Below, in pieces: positions 38,608-47,368 of a stretch of 64,000 nt of DNA. The translations under genes were made by a program, and so were the position numbers. This stretch comes from Candidatus Cloacimonadales bacterium (GTDB taxonomy: Bacteria; Cloacimonadota; Cloacimonadia; Cloacimonadales; JAFGVF01): assembly GCA_963663475.2 (NCBI GenBank), contig CAXXJV010000001.1, forward strand, positions 2,528,001-2,592,000, written 5' to 3'. Below the pieces are notes generated by a model. It was not told the origin of the DNA. It worked only from the letters and a program-made list of their open reading frames with translations, and did no database searches. Position 1 is the first letter of the stretch. Each line of letters begins with the position of its first letter.

Positions 38608-39855
38608 ATGCCTATATTTAGACCTTTCAAGGCTGTTAGACCTGTTCCTGCAAAAGCTAAAGAAATCGCTTCTTTACCTTACGATGTTATGGATTCTGAT
38701 GAAGCTCGTTTAGAAGTTAAAAAGAATCCTCTTTCATTTATTCATGTTGAAAAAGCTGAAGTTGACCTTCCTGAAGGTACAAGTCTTTATAGTGACGAAG
38801 TTTATAATAAAGCTAAAGAAAACCTGTACAACTATGTGAAAAATGGTCATATGATTCAAGATGAAAAAGCTGCTTTCTATGTTTATCGTCAAATTATGGA
38901 TGGCAGAGTACAAACTGGTTTAGTTGGTTGTGCAGCTACTGAAGATTACATGAACAATATCATTAAAAAACATGAGCTTACTCGTGCAGCTAAAGAAGCT
39001 GATAGAATTAAACATGTTGATATCTGTGATGCTCACTCTTCTCCTGTTTTCTTCACATATAGACACAGAGATGATATTAATGCTGTTGTAAATAAAACTA
39101 TTGCTGGTCCTGCAGAATATGACTTTGTCGCAGACGATGGTATTGCTCATGCTTTATGGGTTATCTCTGATGATCAAGATATAGAAACTATTACTAAAGC
39201 CTTTGCTGACATGGATTACCTCTATGTAGCTGATGGCCACCATAGAACTGCTTCTGCTGCAAAAGTTGGCTTACTCAGAAAAGAAGCAAATCCTAACCAT
39301 ACAGGTCAAGAAGAATATAACTTCTTTATGACTGTTATCTTCCCTGATAATGATCTTTATATAATGGACTACAATAGAGTTGTCAAAGATTTAAATGGTC
39401 ATTCTCAAGAAGATTTCTTCAAACTTATTGAAGAAAAATTTGACATTGAAAAGTTTGCTGGTCAAACTGCTTACCACCCTGAAGCAAGACATAATTTTGG
39501 CATGTATATCCAAGGTCAATGGTATAAATTAACTGCTAAAGAAGGAACTTTCGATGAAAAGTCTCCTACAAAATCACTTGATGTTTCTATTCTTCAAGAA
39601 AACCTCCTTCACCCAATTCTTAATATTGGCGACCCTCGTACCGATGAAAGAATCGACTTCATTGGTGGCATTAGAGGTTTAGGTGAGTTAGAAAAAAGAG
39701 TTGATTCTGGTAGAGAAGTTGTGGCTTTTGCTATGTTCCCAACCTCAATCGAAGAGTTAATGAATATCGCTGATGCAGGTGAAATTATGCCTCCTAAATC
39801 AACTTGGTTTGAACCAAAACTTAGATCAGGCCTTTTCATTCATCCACTAAAATAA
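38608..39855 (+). CDS. DUF1015 family protein
   Basis: PFKAVRP, LPYDV, KKHELT, YVADGHHR, MPPKSTWFEPKLRSGL. Confidence 0.92.
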   Translation: MPIFRPFKAVRPVPAKAKEIASLPYDVMDSDEARLEVKKNPLSFIHVEKAEVDLPEGTSLYSDEVYNKAKENLYNYVKNGHMIQDEKAAFYVYRQIMDGRVQTGLVGCAATEDYMNNIIKKHELTRAAKEADRIKHVDICDAHSSPVFFTYRHRDDINAVVNKTIAGPAEYDFVADDGIAHALWVISDDQDIETITKAFADMDYLYVADGHHRTASAAKVGLLRKEANPNHTGQEEYNFFMTVIFPDNDLYIMDYNRVVKDLNGHSQEDFFKLIEEKFDIEKFAGQTAYHPEARHNFGMYIQGQWYKLTAKEGTFDEKSPTKSLDVSILQENLLHPILNIGDPRTDERIDFIGGIRGLGELEKRVDSGREVVAFAMFPTSIEELMNIADAGEIMPPKSTWFEPKLRSGLFIHPLK

Positions 39856-39878
39856 GAACTTTAAATTTATTTATAACT

Positions 39879-39912
39879 AAAGAGTGTTAGACTTTCTAAC
39901 ACTCTTTTTTTT
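39879..39912 (+). terminator. intrinsic terminator after DUF1015
   Basis: AAAGAGTGTTAGA-CTT-TCTAACACTCTTTTTTTT. Confidence 0.85.
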
Positions 39913-39913
39913 A

Positions 39914-40171
39914 GGCTCAAGTTCAAGTCTGGTGGAAATTATGTTGCATTATTTATCATTTTATTAAACCCTTACAGGGTAATATCTTTGGGCTAGCCAT
40001 CATTACCCAGGCTTGCGATACTTTGAATCTTCGCTAAAGCTACGCCTTCACAAGTCAGCATCTTACCCTGGGCTAAATTATTTTATCCCTTTCAGGGATT
40101 TTTGATGAATCAATAAGTAATGAAATATTCTCATTTTCCTATATTATTCCCACCAGACTTGAACTTGAGCC
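39914..40171. mobile_element. repeat family C, copy 1: non-autonomous MITE with ISL3-like ends
   Basis: 22-bp perfect TIR GGCTCAAGTTCAAGTCTGGTGG / CCACCAGACTTGAACTTGAGCC; 8-bp flanks TTTTTTTA and TTTTTCTA; no ORF. Confidence 0.85.
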
Positions 40172-40284
40172 TTTTTCTATTGTTAATCTCAAATTGTGGA
40201 TTTGAACTTTAATTCTTAGTTGACACTTTTAATGACATAATCAAGTATGCATTCGAGAAAAACAGAAAGGATAAAATTTTTACA

Positions 40285-41271
40285 ATGGACCAAATAACTC
40301 AAAGAGCTTTTAATAGAAGAAAGAAAGAGATTGAGCTAATAAAACTCTCAACTATAGGAAACTTTTGCTTCGGCTTAATAGGAATTTTCTTTGCTATTAT
40401 TACTAGCTCAAGATCAATCCTCTTCGATGGATTATATTCATTTGTCTTAAGTTTCTTTACTTTAATATCAGCTCGAGTTGTTAGATTAATAACTAAAGGG
40501 CAAACTGTTCAATATCAATTTGGTTATGGTGCTTTTGAACCATTACTGATAATTATTAGATCAATTTTCCTTTTCGGGATGTACATGGTTTTAGGTTATG
40601 AAGCCATAACTTCTCTTTTTCAGGGAGGATATTCAATTGTTACTTCCTTTGCCTTAATTTATTCCTTAATAAGTACAGGGGCTTGCTTAATTATCTGGAT
40701 AATTTTAAGAAAAACAGCTCGAAAAAACACATCTCCTGTGCTAAAAGCGGAAGCATATGGCTGGTTTTTAGATACTATTCTTTCAGCAGCTGTCTTATTA
40801 GCCTTCCTCCTTATCGCCTTCTTCAATTACATTGGAGCTGATTCACTAACCCATTACATAGACCCTTTAATTACCCTAAGTCTTGTAATTTTAATGTTAC
40901 CAGCACTTTTTACTATGTTTCTAGTTAATTTCAGAGATATGGTTTCAGCAGCACCACCCATAGAGATTCAGGAAGAGTTAAGAAGAATTATGCAGGGTTT
41001 TCAAGATAAATATGCTTTTGCCAATATTGAAAATTTTTCTGAAAAAAGAGGAAGAAGTCTTTATTTGATATCCCATGTTTATCTAAATCAGGAAGTGACA
41101 ATGAAGACTTTAGATAAGATTAGAAAAGAAATGGTGAAAGAAATCAAGGCTTGGTGGTTCTATTCTGATATTGATATTGTTTTTACTCTCAATCCTGCTT
41201 GGATTCAATTATCCAATATTAACTCAGAAATCGATCCAGATTCTAAATCTGATAATGAAGATATCCACTAG
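40285..41271 (+). CDS. cation diffusion facilitator family transporter
   Basis: Six TMs, SRSILFDGLYS, YQFGYGAFEP, YIDPLITL, C-terminal dimerisation domain. Confidence 0.8.
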   Translation: MDQITQRAFNRRKKEIELIKLSTIGNFCFGLIGIFFAIITSSRSILFDGLYSFVLSFFTLISARVVRLITKGQTVQYQFGYGAFEPLLIIIRSIFLFGMYMVLGYEAITSLFQGGYSIVTSFALIYSLISTGACLIIWIILRKTARKNTSPVLKAEAYGWFLDTILSAAVLLAFLLIAFFNYIGADSLTHYIDPLITLSLVILMLPALFTMFLVNFRDMVSAAPPIEIQEELRRIMQGFQDKYAFANIENFSEKRGRSLYLISHVYLNQEVTMKTLDKIRKEMVKEIKAWWFYSDIDIVFTLNPAWIQLSNINSEIDPDSKSDNEDIH

Positions 41272-41337
41272 AGCAAAAATATAAATTAAGGTCAAGGTCA
41301 AGCTCAAGACTATAGAAATCTTTGAATATAAATTCAA

Positions 41338-41372
41338 ATAAGGCAATAGATCTTTGAGAATAGCACTATATT
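41338..41372 (-). repeat. repeat family A right-arm fragment (inverted)
   Basis: Minus strand AATATAGTGCTATTCTCAAAGATCTATTGCCTTAT matches the family A right arm. Confidence 0.6.
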
Positions 41373-41380
41373 ATCCTTAG

Positions 41381-41459
41381 CATCCTTAATCCTTCCTTTA
41401 CAGTCTTTCGATGAAAGTCCGTGTTTCATCGAAAGACTGTAAAGGAAGGATTAAGGATG
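41381..41459. repeat. repeat family B, copy 2: 79-bp palindrome (36-bp perfect arms)
   Basis: Arms match copy 1; loop GTCCGTG and the flank show it is inverted relative to 2051-2131. Confidence 0.9.
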
Positions 41460-41612
41460 GATAGGGAGAAATTTGATATCTTTGTGTTCTTTGGGTAAAT
41501 ATTCTTCTTCAGCCTCTGCTGTAACCTGCAATCCCCTTGACCTCAGATTGACTTCTTGTCACTTGGGTGTCAGGACTCCTTTTAGTCCGTCGGTTCAGAT
41601 AAGATTCTGGGT

Positions 41613-41643
41613 AAAAAAGAAAGGGAGCTTACCAGAAGCTCCC
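41613..41643 (-). terminator. intrinsic terminator after the M3 peptidase gene
   Basis: Minus strand GGGAGCTT-CTGGT-AAGCTCCC followed by TTTCTTTTTT. Confidence 0.75.
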
Positions 41644-41727
41644 CAAACAATATTTATTTTCATAGTTATAAGTATTTGCTAATAATTATACTACAAAAGT
41701 TTTCTAATATCAATTATAACTTATTAT

Positions 41728-43770
41728 TTACTTAATCAGACCATCTCTTCTAAGCATAGCATCTGGATCTGGTTTTCTTCCTCTAAACTTAATAAATAAG
41801 TCCATAGGATGTTGTGAGTTTCCTTTAGCTAGGATATTTTCTCTAAATGATTTAGCTGTATCTTTATTAAAAATACCGTCTTCTTTGAATTTTGAGAAAG
41901 CATCAGCATCAAGCACTTCAGCCCATTTGTATGAATAGTAACCTGATGAGTAGCCACCGTGGAAGATATGTGAGAAAGAACAAGATGTATTTACACAATC
42001 AACTTTTGGATAAAGTCTAGTTCTTTCAGTAACTTCACCTTCAAATTCAGCAACATCTTCAACATGAGAAGGATCTGCAGAATGCCAAGCCATATCGATA
42101 AGTCCTAGAGATACTTGTCTAACATTAAAGATACCTTTATTGAATGTTTCAGCTTTTTTAACTTTATTAACTAATTCTTCAGGGATAAGTTCACCAGTTT
42201 CATAGTGGTGAGCAAATAGCTTTAGAGTTTCCATTTCAAGAACCCAATTTTCCATAACTTGGGAAGGAAGTTCAACAAAATCCCAATAAACATTTGGACT
42301 TGCTAAAGATTTGTAATGAACATCTGAGAGAAGTCCATGGAGAGCATGACCAAATTCATGGAAGATAGTAGTAACTTCACCTAAAGATAATAAAGCAGGT
42401 TTATCTTCAGAAGGAGGAGTCAATGAACCAACAATAGAAATGAAAGGTCTTTTTACTTCTCCTTGTTGGAAGCCCTGAGAACGATAACCTGTCATCCAAG
42501 CACCAGCTCTTTTGGTATCACGTGGATAGAGATCAACATAGAAAAGCCCCATGTAACGACCATCTTCTTCTTGAATAACTTCAAAAACTCTAACATCTTC
42601 ATGATATTTTGGTAAATCTTCATGTTCAATAAACTTAAGTCCGTATAATTTATTAGCTACAGTGAAGATACCATTAATTACATTCTCTGCTTTGAAGTAA
42701 GGTCTTAACTCTTCTGAATCAAAATTGAATTTCTTCTTTTTAAGTATTTCTGAGTAGTAAGAAACATCCCAAGGCATAAATTGATCAATTCCATCTTCTT
42801 TAGCGATAGCTTCTATTTCCTTAACTTCTTCTTTAGCAACAGGAAGAGCAACATTAAGGATCTTTTCTAAAAACTCGTTAACAGTTTTAGGATTTTCAGC
42901 CATTCTTTCTGCTAATGTAAAGTCTGCATGAGTATCAAATCCTAATAATTGAGCTCTTTTATGTCTAAGATTTGCAATTTGCTTAACAAGTTCTTGGTTA
43001 TCAAATTCATCACGGAAGGCTCTTGCGCCCCAAGCTTTACTAAATTTTTCTCTTAAATCTCTATTTTTGGCATATTGAAGAATAGGCATAAACATTGATG
43101 GTTGAAGTAAAAATAACCATTTACCTTCATGACCTTTCTTTTTGGCCATGTAGGCTGCTTGAGCTTTTGCATTTTCTGGAAGCCCATCTAACTCAGCTTC
43201 ATCTTCTACAATGTATTCAAACTTATTAGTAGAATTTAACACATTTTGAGAGAACTTAGGACCTAATTGAGACATTTCCATATTTATCTTCATTAATTCT
43301 TTTTTCTTATCTTCAGGTAAAAGAGCACCATTACGTATAAATGATTTATAAACCTTGTCTAAGAGACGTGTTTGTTCAGCATTAAGATTTTCTTGATCTT
43401 GATGATCATAGACATATTTTAGCTTTTCAAACATCTTTGGGTTCATCATAGTTTCATTTCCAAACTCAGCAAGCTTTTGTGAGATTTCACCAGCTAAAGC
43501 AGAAAACTCTTGATCTGCATTGCTACTTAAAAGATTGAAATAAATAGATGTTATGTAATCTAACTCTACACCTGTTTCAGCTTCAATTGTATTGGCAAAA
43601 TTTGGTGTTTCAGGACTAGCGATATAGTCATTAAACTCTTTTCTAGCAATATCAAGTGCCCAATCGATAGCAGGCATAAAATGTTCAGTTTTGAATTTGT
43701 CAAAAGGAATTGCTTCGAATTTAGAATATCTTTCCCCTGTCATTAAAGGATTATTTTTTTGTTCAGACAT
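41728..43770 (-). CDS. dcp: M3 family metallopeptidase (peptidyl-dipeptidase Dcp / oligopeptidase A)
   Basis: HEFGHALH, WDFVELPSQVMENW, FSHIFHGGYSSGYYSYKWAEVLDADAF. Confidence 0.9.
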   Translation of the reverse strand: MSEQKNNPLMTGERYSKFEAIPFDKFKTEHFMPAIDWALDIARKEFNDYIASPETPNFANTIEAETGVELDYITSIYFNLLSSNADQEFSALAGEISQKLAEFGNETMMNPKMFEKLKYVYDHQDQENLNAEQTRLLDKVYKSFIRNGALLPEDKKKELMKINMEMSQLGPKFSQNVLNSTNKFEYIVEDEAELDGLPENAKAQAAYMAKKKGHEGKWLFLLQPSMFMPILQYAKNRDLREKFSKAWGARAFRDEFDNQELVKQIANLRHKRAQLLGFDTHADFTLAERMAENPKTVNEFLEKILNVALPVAKEEVKEIEAIAKEDGIDQFMPWDVSYYSEILKKKKFNFDSEELRPYFKAENVINGIFTVANKLYGLKFIEHEDLPKYHEDVRVFEVIQEEDGRYMGLFYVDLYPRDTKRAGAWMTGYRSQGFQQGEVKRPFISIVGSLTPPSEDKPALLSLGEVTTIFHEFGHALHGLLSDVHYKSLASPNVYWDFVELPSQVMENWVLEMETLKLFAHHYETGELIPEELVNKVKKAETFNKGIFNVRQVSLGLIDMAWHSADPSHVEDVAEFEGEVTERTRLYPKVDCVNTSCSFSHIFHGGYSSGYYSYKWAEVLDADAFSKFKEDGIFNKDTAKSFRENILAKGNSQHPMDLFIKFRGRKPDPDAMLRRDGLIK

Positions 43771-43984
43771 ATTTTTCTCCTGTGATTAATATTTTATATA
43801 TTACCAATATAATCAGTTTGTATAAATTGTCAATAATAATTTTTCTACCCTGGGTTTAATAGTATTTATCATAGTTAATTTACCTTGATAATTAACCTAG
43901 AAAAATAATTTTACTAATTTATTTTGACAGAATATCAAATGAATATTTTTTGTAGAAATCACAAATAAACTATTGGGAGATACG

Positions 43985-44539
43985 TTGGAAAAAACTATTA
44001 AAGCGAATCCGGCTCCGATTGGGTTAATCGGTTTCGGAATGACTACTATTTTGTTAAATATCCATAATGCAGGATTCTTTCCTTTGGATGTTGTAATTAT
44101 GGCAATGGGAATTACCATTGGAGGACTTGCACAGATTATTGCAGGTATTTTAGAGTATAATAATAATAAGACCTTTGGGACAGTGGCTTTTGTTGCTTAT
44201 GGCTTCTTTTGGTTATCTTTAGTTATGATTTGGACCCTACCTAAAATGGGGATTGGACAAGCTCCCACTCCTCTATCTTTAGGACTTTACTTATTACTTT
44301 GGGGACTTTTCACCTTAGGTATGTTTATAGGAACTTTTAAATCAGTACTTGTTTCTAAAATGGTATTTGGAACCCTCTTTATTCTCTTTATGCTCTTAGC
44401 AACTGCTAATTTTACTGGCAATCATCATATTCACACCATAGCAGGTTATGAAGGTATTTTATGTGGTGCTTTAGCTATGTATGAAGCTCTTGCCCAAGTT
44501 ATTAATGAAGCACACGGTAAAAAACTCTTACCCTTATAA
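43985..44539 (+). CDS. satP: acetate/succinate uptake channel (GPR1/FUN34/YaaH family)
   Basis: ANPAPIGLIGFGMTTILLNIHNAG and TFGTVAFVAYGFFWL; likely TTG start at 43985 after GGAG. Confidence 0.92.
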   Translation: MEKTIKANPAPIGLIGFGMTTILLNIHNAGFFPLDVVIMAMGITIGGLAQIIAGILEYNNNKTFGTVAFVAYGFFWLSLVMIWTLPKMGIGQAPTPLSLGLYLLLWGLFTLGMFIGTFKSVLVSKMVFGTLFILFMLLATANFTGNHHIHTIAGYEGILCGALAMYEALAQVINEAHGKKLLPL

Positions 44540-44564
44540 TCATTAGTTAATAAGAAAGTAATAA

Positions 44565-44660
44565 ACCAATGGTGCAGTAGAGCTTTAGAGAAGAGTGCAG
44601 ATTCTTCAAGCAAAAGAATATTCTGCTATTCTCAAAGGTCTACTGCATTATTATTAGGGA
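44565..44660 (+). repeat. repeat family A, internally deleted copy
   Basis: CCAATGGTGCAGTAGAGCTTTAGAGAAGAGTGCAG...CAAAGGTCTACTGCATTATTATTAGGGA. Confidence 0.85.
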
Positions 44661-44678
44661 TAATATTTGACTTACATG

Positions 44679-45506
44679 CTAAATATCTATTTCTAGTAAA
44701 AGAGGAGTATGATCTTGTCTTTCTCCCGAATCAATCATTTCAGATTTTACAACTTTATCTGCAATTTCATTACTGACCAACCAATAATCTATTCTCCAGC
44801 CAGAATTGTTTAATTTACTAGTTTTTACTCTTTGAGCCCACCAAGAATAAACTCCTTGAACATCGCCATGCAAATGTCTAAAGCTATCTGTAAATCCTTT
44901 TCCTAAGAGATTAGTAAATCCTTGTCTTTCTTCATCAGTAAAACCAGCAGACATATGATTACTATCAGGATTTGCCAGATCAATTTCTTTATGAGCAACA
45001 TTATAATCACCTGTAGCTATAACTGGCTTATTCTTCTTTAATGAGGCTAAATATTCTGCATACTTTTTATCCCATACTTGCCTATCTTCCAGTCTTTTAA
45101 GTCCATCTCCAGCATTAGGAGTATAAACTTGAGTAAGATAGAAATTACCGAAATCTAAAGTAATAATCCTACCTTCAAAGTCCATTGTACTAGGAGCATC
45201 AATAGTAGGATAAGTAACTTCTGGTGAATATTTTTCTTTGTAGAGAAACATAGTTCCAGCATAACCTTTTTTTGCTGGTTCTTGAGAAGATCTCCAGACA
45301 TAATTATATCCTGTAAAATACTCTTCTAAAAGTTCTTTATGTTTCTTACTAGGCCCATTAGCTGGTAGTTTAGTCTCTTGCAAAGCTATAACATCAGCAT
45401 CTTTATCTATTATAGTTTTAATCACTTGTCTTGATAACAAGGCCCTATTAGAATCGCTTGTTAAAGCAGCGTTTAATGAATCTATGTTCCATGATATTAG
45501 TCGCAA
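44679..45506 (-). CDS. xth: exodeoxyribonuclease III / AP endonuclease (ExoA type)
   Basis: ISWNIDSLNA, LQETK, GYAGT, VYTPNAG, GDYNVAH, GWRIDY, QDHTP; TTG start after GGAGG. Confidence 0.95.
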   Translation of the reverse strand: MRLISWNIDSLNAALTSDSNRALLSRQVIKTIIDKDADVIALQETKLPANGPSKKHKELLEEYFTGYNYVWRSSQEPAKKGYAGTMFLYKEKYSPEVTYPTIDAPSTMDFEGRIITLDFGNFYLTQVYTPNAGDGLKRLEDRQVWDKKYAEYLASLKKNKPVIATGDYNVAHKEIDLANPDSNHMSAGFTDEERQGFTNLLGKGFTDSFRHLHGDVQGVYSWWAQRVKTSKLNNSGWRIDYWLVSNEIADKVVKSEMIDSGERQDHTPLLLEIDI

Positions 45507-45700
45507 TCTGTCCTCCCTTAGATTAATAATTACCTAAAATTAAAATATTTATTATTATTAAACTTTAGGGAAAATTAAGTCAAGGAAAAAGTAATTTTAA
45601 TCAAGATGTGTAGGAGAACTTCCACAGGTCTGAATCTATAAAATAAAAATTTCTATTGCTTTAAAATTGACTTTTAAATAGTTGACCTTAGAGAGAAGTA

Positions 45701-45774
45701 TTGACAAAGTCAACTTCTTTGAGTCTTGGGTCTCTTTTTTACAAAAAGAAATCGCTAATAGATTTATTCAAACT
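45701..45774 (+). repeat. repeat family E, copy 2
   Basis: TTGACAAAGTCAACTTCT...AAAAAGAAATCGCTAATAGATTTATTCAAACT matches the reverse complement of 9909-9980. Confidence 0.7.
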
Positions 45775-45927
45775 CGAGCAAAATAGTATTTAAATACATT
45801 GCAGTGGAGAGTTTGGATAAAGATATAGCGACTTTAATAAAATTTCTAAATTACCTAGATGTAGCTTAGTGTCTGAGACAATTCAAGAATTGGTGGGTTT
45901 ATCAACAGCCTACTTAGAGGGGAAAAT

Positions 45928-47163
45928 ATGAAAAGAAAAAGTCTTTATCAAAGTACTGTATCCTTGTTATTAGTATCTGCTCTCTTTAATGGAGTATTTA
46001 ATGGATTCACTGGAATTCAAGACATTATTGCTAGAAAGGCATTTAACGCACTTGATTGGCAATTAATGATTTTGACTATGATTTGGCCTGTAACCAATTT
46101 TTTATCAATCTGGTGGGGTAAAATTCTAGAACAATCTTCCAATAAAGCTAAGTTTTTCTGGGCTGTAGCTGTATTAGGCAGATTATCCCTACTCATGGCC
46201 TATTTTACTACTTCCATGAATATCTATTTGCTTATCTTTGGACTTGTCTCCTTCTTTAATGGAATTCTTTCGCCCGCATCTAATTCTATTTATCAAAGTA
46301 ATCTACCTAATAATAGGTCTAAAGTTTTTGGCTATACTATGAGTCTTGCTTCCTTTATAAGTATGATCTTTGCCTTTATCTCTGGTCGTTACTTAGACTC
46401 TTCTGAAGCTAATTTAAAATTAATCTTCATTGTAGTATCACTAGCAGGTTTTACTTCTGCCTCTGTCTTAAGCTTTATCAGAATCGAAGATAATAAAGTA
46501 AAATACCAGAAGAAGATGCTAAGAAAAGAATTTTTCCTTACTCCCCTTAAACGAGCATTAGGCTTGCTGAAAAATAATAAACCTTATGCTCATTTCCAAA
46601 GAGATTTTACCCTTTATGGTTTTGGCTTTTTATCTTTAGCTCCTGTAATACCTATCTTTATGGTAGATAACTTAAACTTGAACTATACTCATTCCTTTAT
46701 TTCTAAAGGTATCTTAGCCCAAATTGGTTTTTTAATTCTATCCCCTATTTTTGGTAGACTCCATGATAATTTCCATCCTTTCAAGTTTGCTGCTTATTCC
46801 TTTGGCGCAATAGCGATTTTCCCACTCCTCTTAATTATTACAGGAAATTTTGCTAATCATACCTTTAGCTTGATTGCTATTTATTTTTCCTTTTTAATAT
46901 ATGGCTTTGCAATGTCAGGTGTTAACATGGCTTGGAATATGTCTTCTATCCATTTTGCTGGAGATGAAGATGCCTCAATGTATCAAAGCTTACATATCAC
47001 TATTACTGGTATCAGAGGACTCTTTGCTCCTGTATTAGGAATTCTTGCAAAAAATTACCTAGGTATTTACGGTGCTTTTCTTATGTCTTTTAGCTTTTTT
47101 GCTTTAGCTTCATTTTTCAGTTATAAAGACTATAAAGCCTATTCTTCAGGAAAACTTGTTTAA
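45928..47163 (+). CDS. MFS transporter
   Basis: About 12 TM segments; FGRLHDNF loop motif. Confidence 0.8.
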   Translation: MKRKSLYQSTVSLLLVSALFNGVFNGFTGIQDIIARKAFNALDWQLMILTMIWPVTNFLSIWWGKILEQSSNKAKFFWAVAVLGRLSLLMAYFTTSMNIYLLIFGLVSFFNGILSPASNSIYQSNLPNNRSKVFGYTMSLASFISMIFAFISGRYLDSSEANLKLIFIVVSLAGFTSASVLSFIRIEDNKVKYQKKMLRKEFFLTPLKRALGLLKNNKPYAHFQRDFTLYGFGFLSLAPVIPIFMVDNLNLNYTHSFISKGILAQIGFLILSPIFGRLHDNFHPFKFAAYSFGAIAIFPLLLIITGNFANHTFSLIAIYFSFLIYGFAMSGVNMAWNMSSIHFAGDEDASMYQSLHITITGIRGLFAPVLGILAKNYLGIYGAFLMSFSFFALASFFSYKDYKAYSSGKLV

Positions 47164-47255
47164 CCCAATGATGCAATAGAGCTTTAGAGAAGAGTGCAAA
47201 TTCATTTAGCAAAATAGTGCAGTAGGCTTTTATAATAGCAGGATATTCTTCTGCA
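47163..47255 (+). repeat. repeat family A, rearranged copy (left arm plus inverted right arm)
   Basis: ACCCAATGATGCAATAGAGCTTTAGAGAAGAGTGC, then TAGTGCAGTAGGCTTTT...ATATTCTTCTGCA (reverse complement of the right arm); begins at the MFS stop codon. Confidence 0.75.
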
Positions 47256-47368
47256 GTATACCATAATATCTTAAAGAAGCACTTATAAATTATGGAATTA
47301 GATTTAATTTTTCTCTCTTTTGGAACAATAAATGTATTAATTTATATAAAACATTATTTTGAGGTACC

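Noticed and set aside
41500..41600. Moderately GC-rich stretch with GGACT-CCTTT-AGTCC hairpin as an ncRNA
   Set aside because: Single copy in the window, no match to an RNA family I recognise; probably another decayed repeat.
41473..41682. 69-aa ORF in the intergenic region after family B
   Set aside because: It runs through a terminator and repeat-like sequence and has no recognisable protein features.
45798..45825. Possible further family A left-arm relics (also ~63870-63890 and ~1195-1220)
   Set aside because: Similarity is too short and degenerate to call without an alignment.
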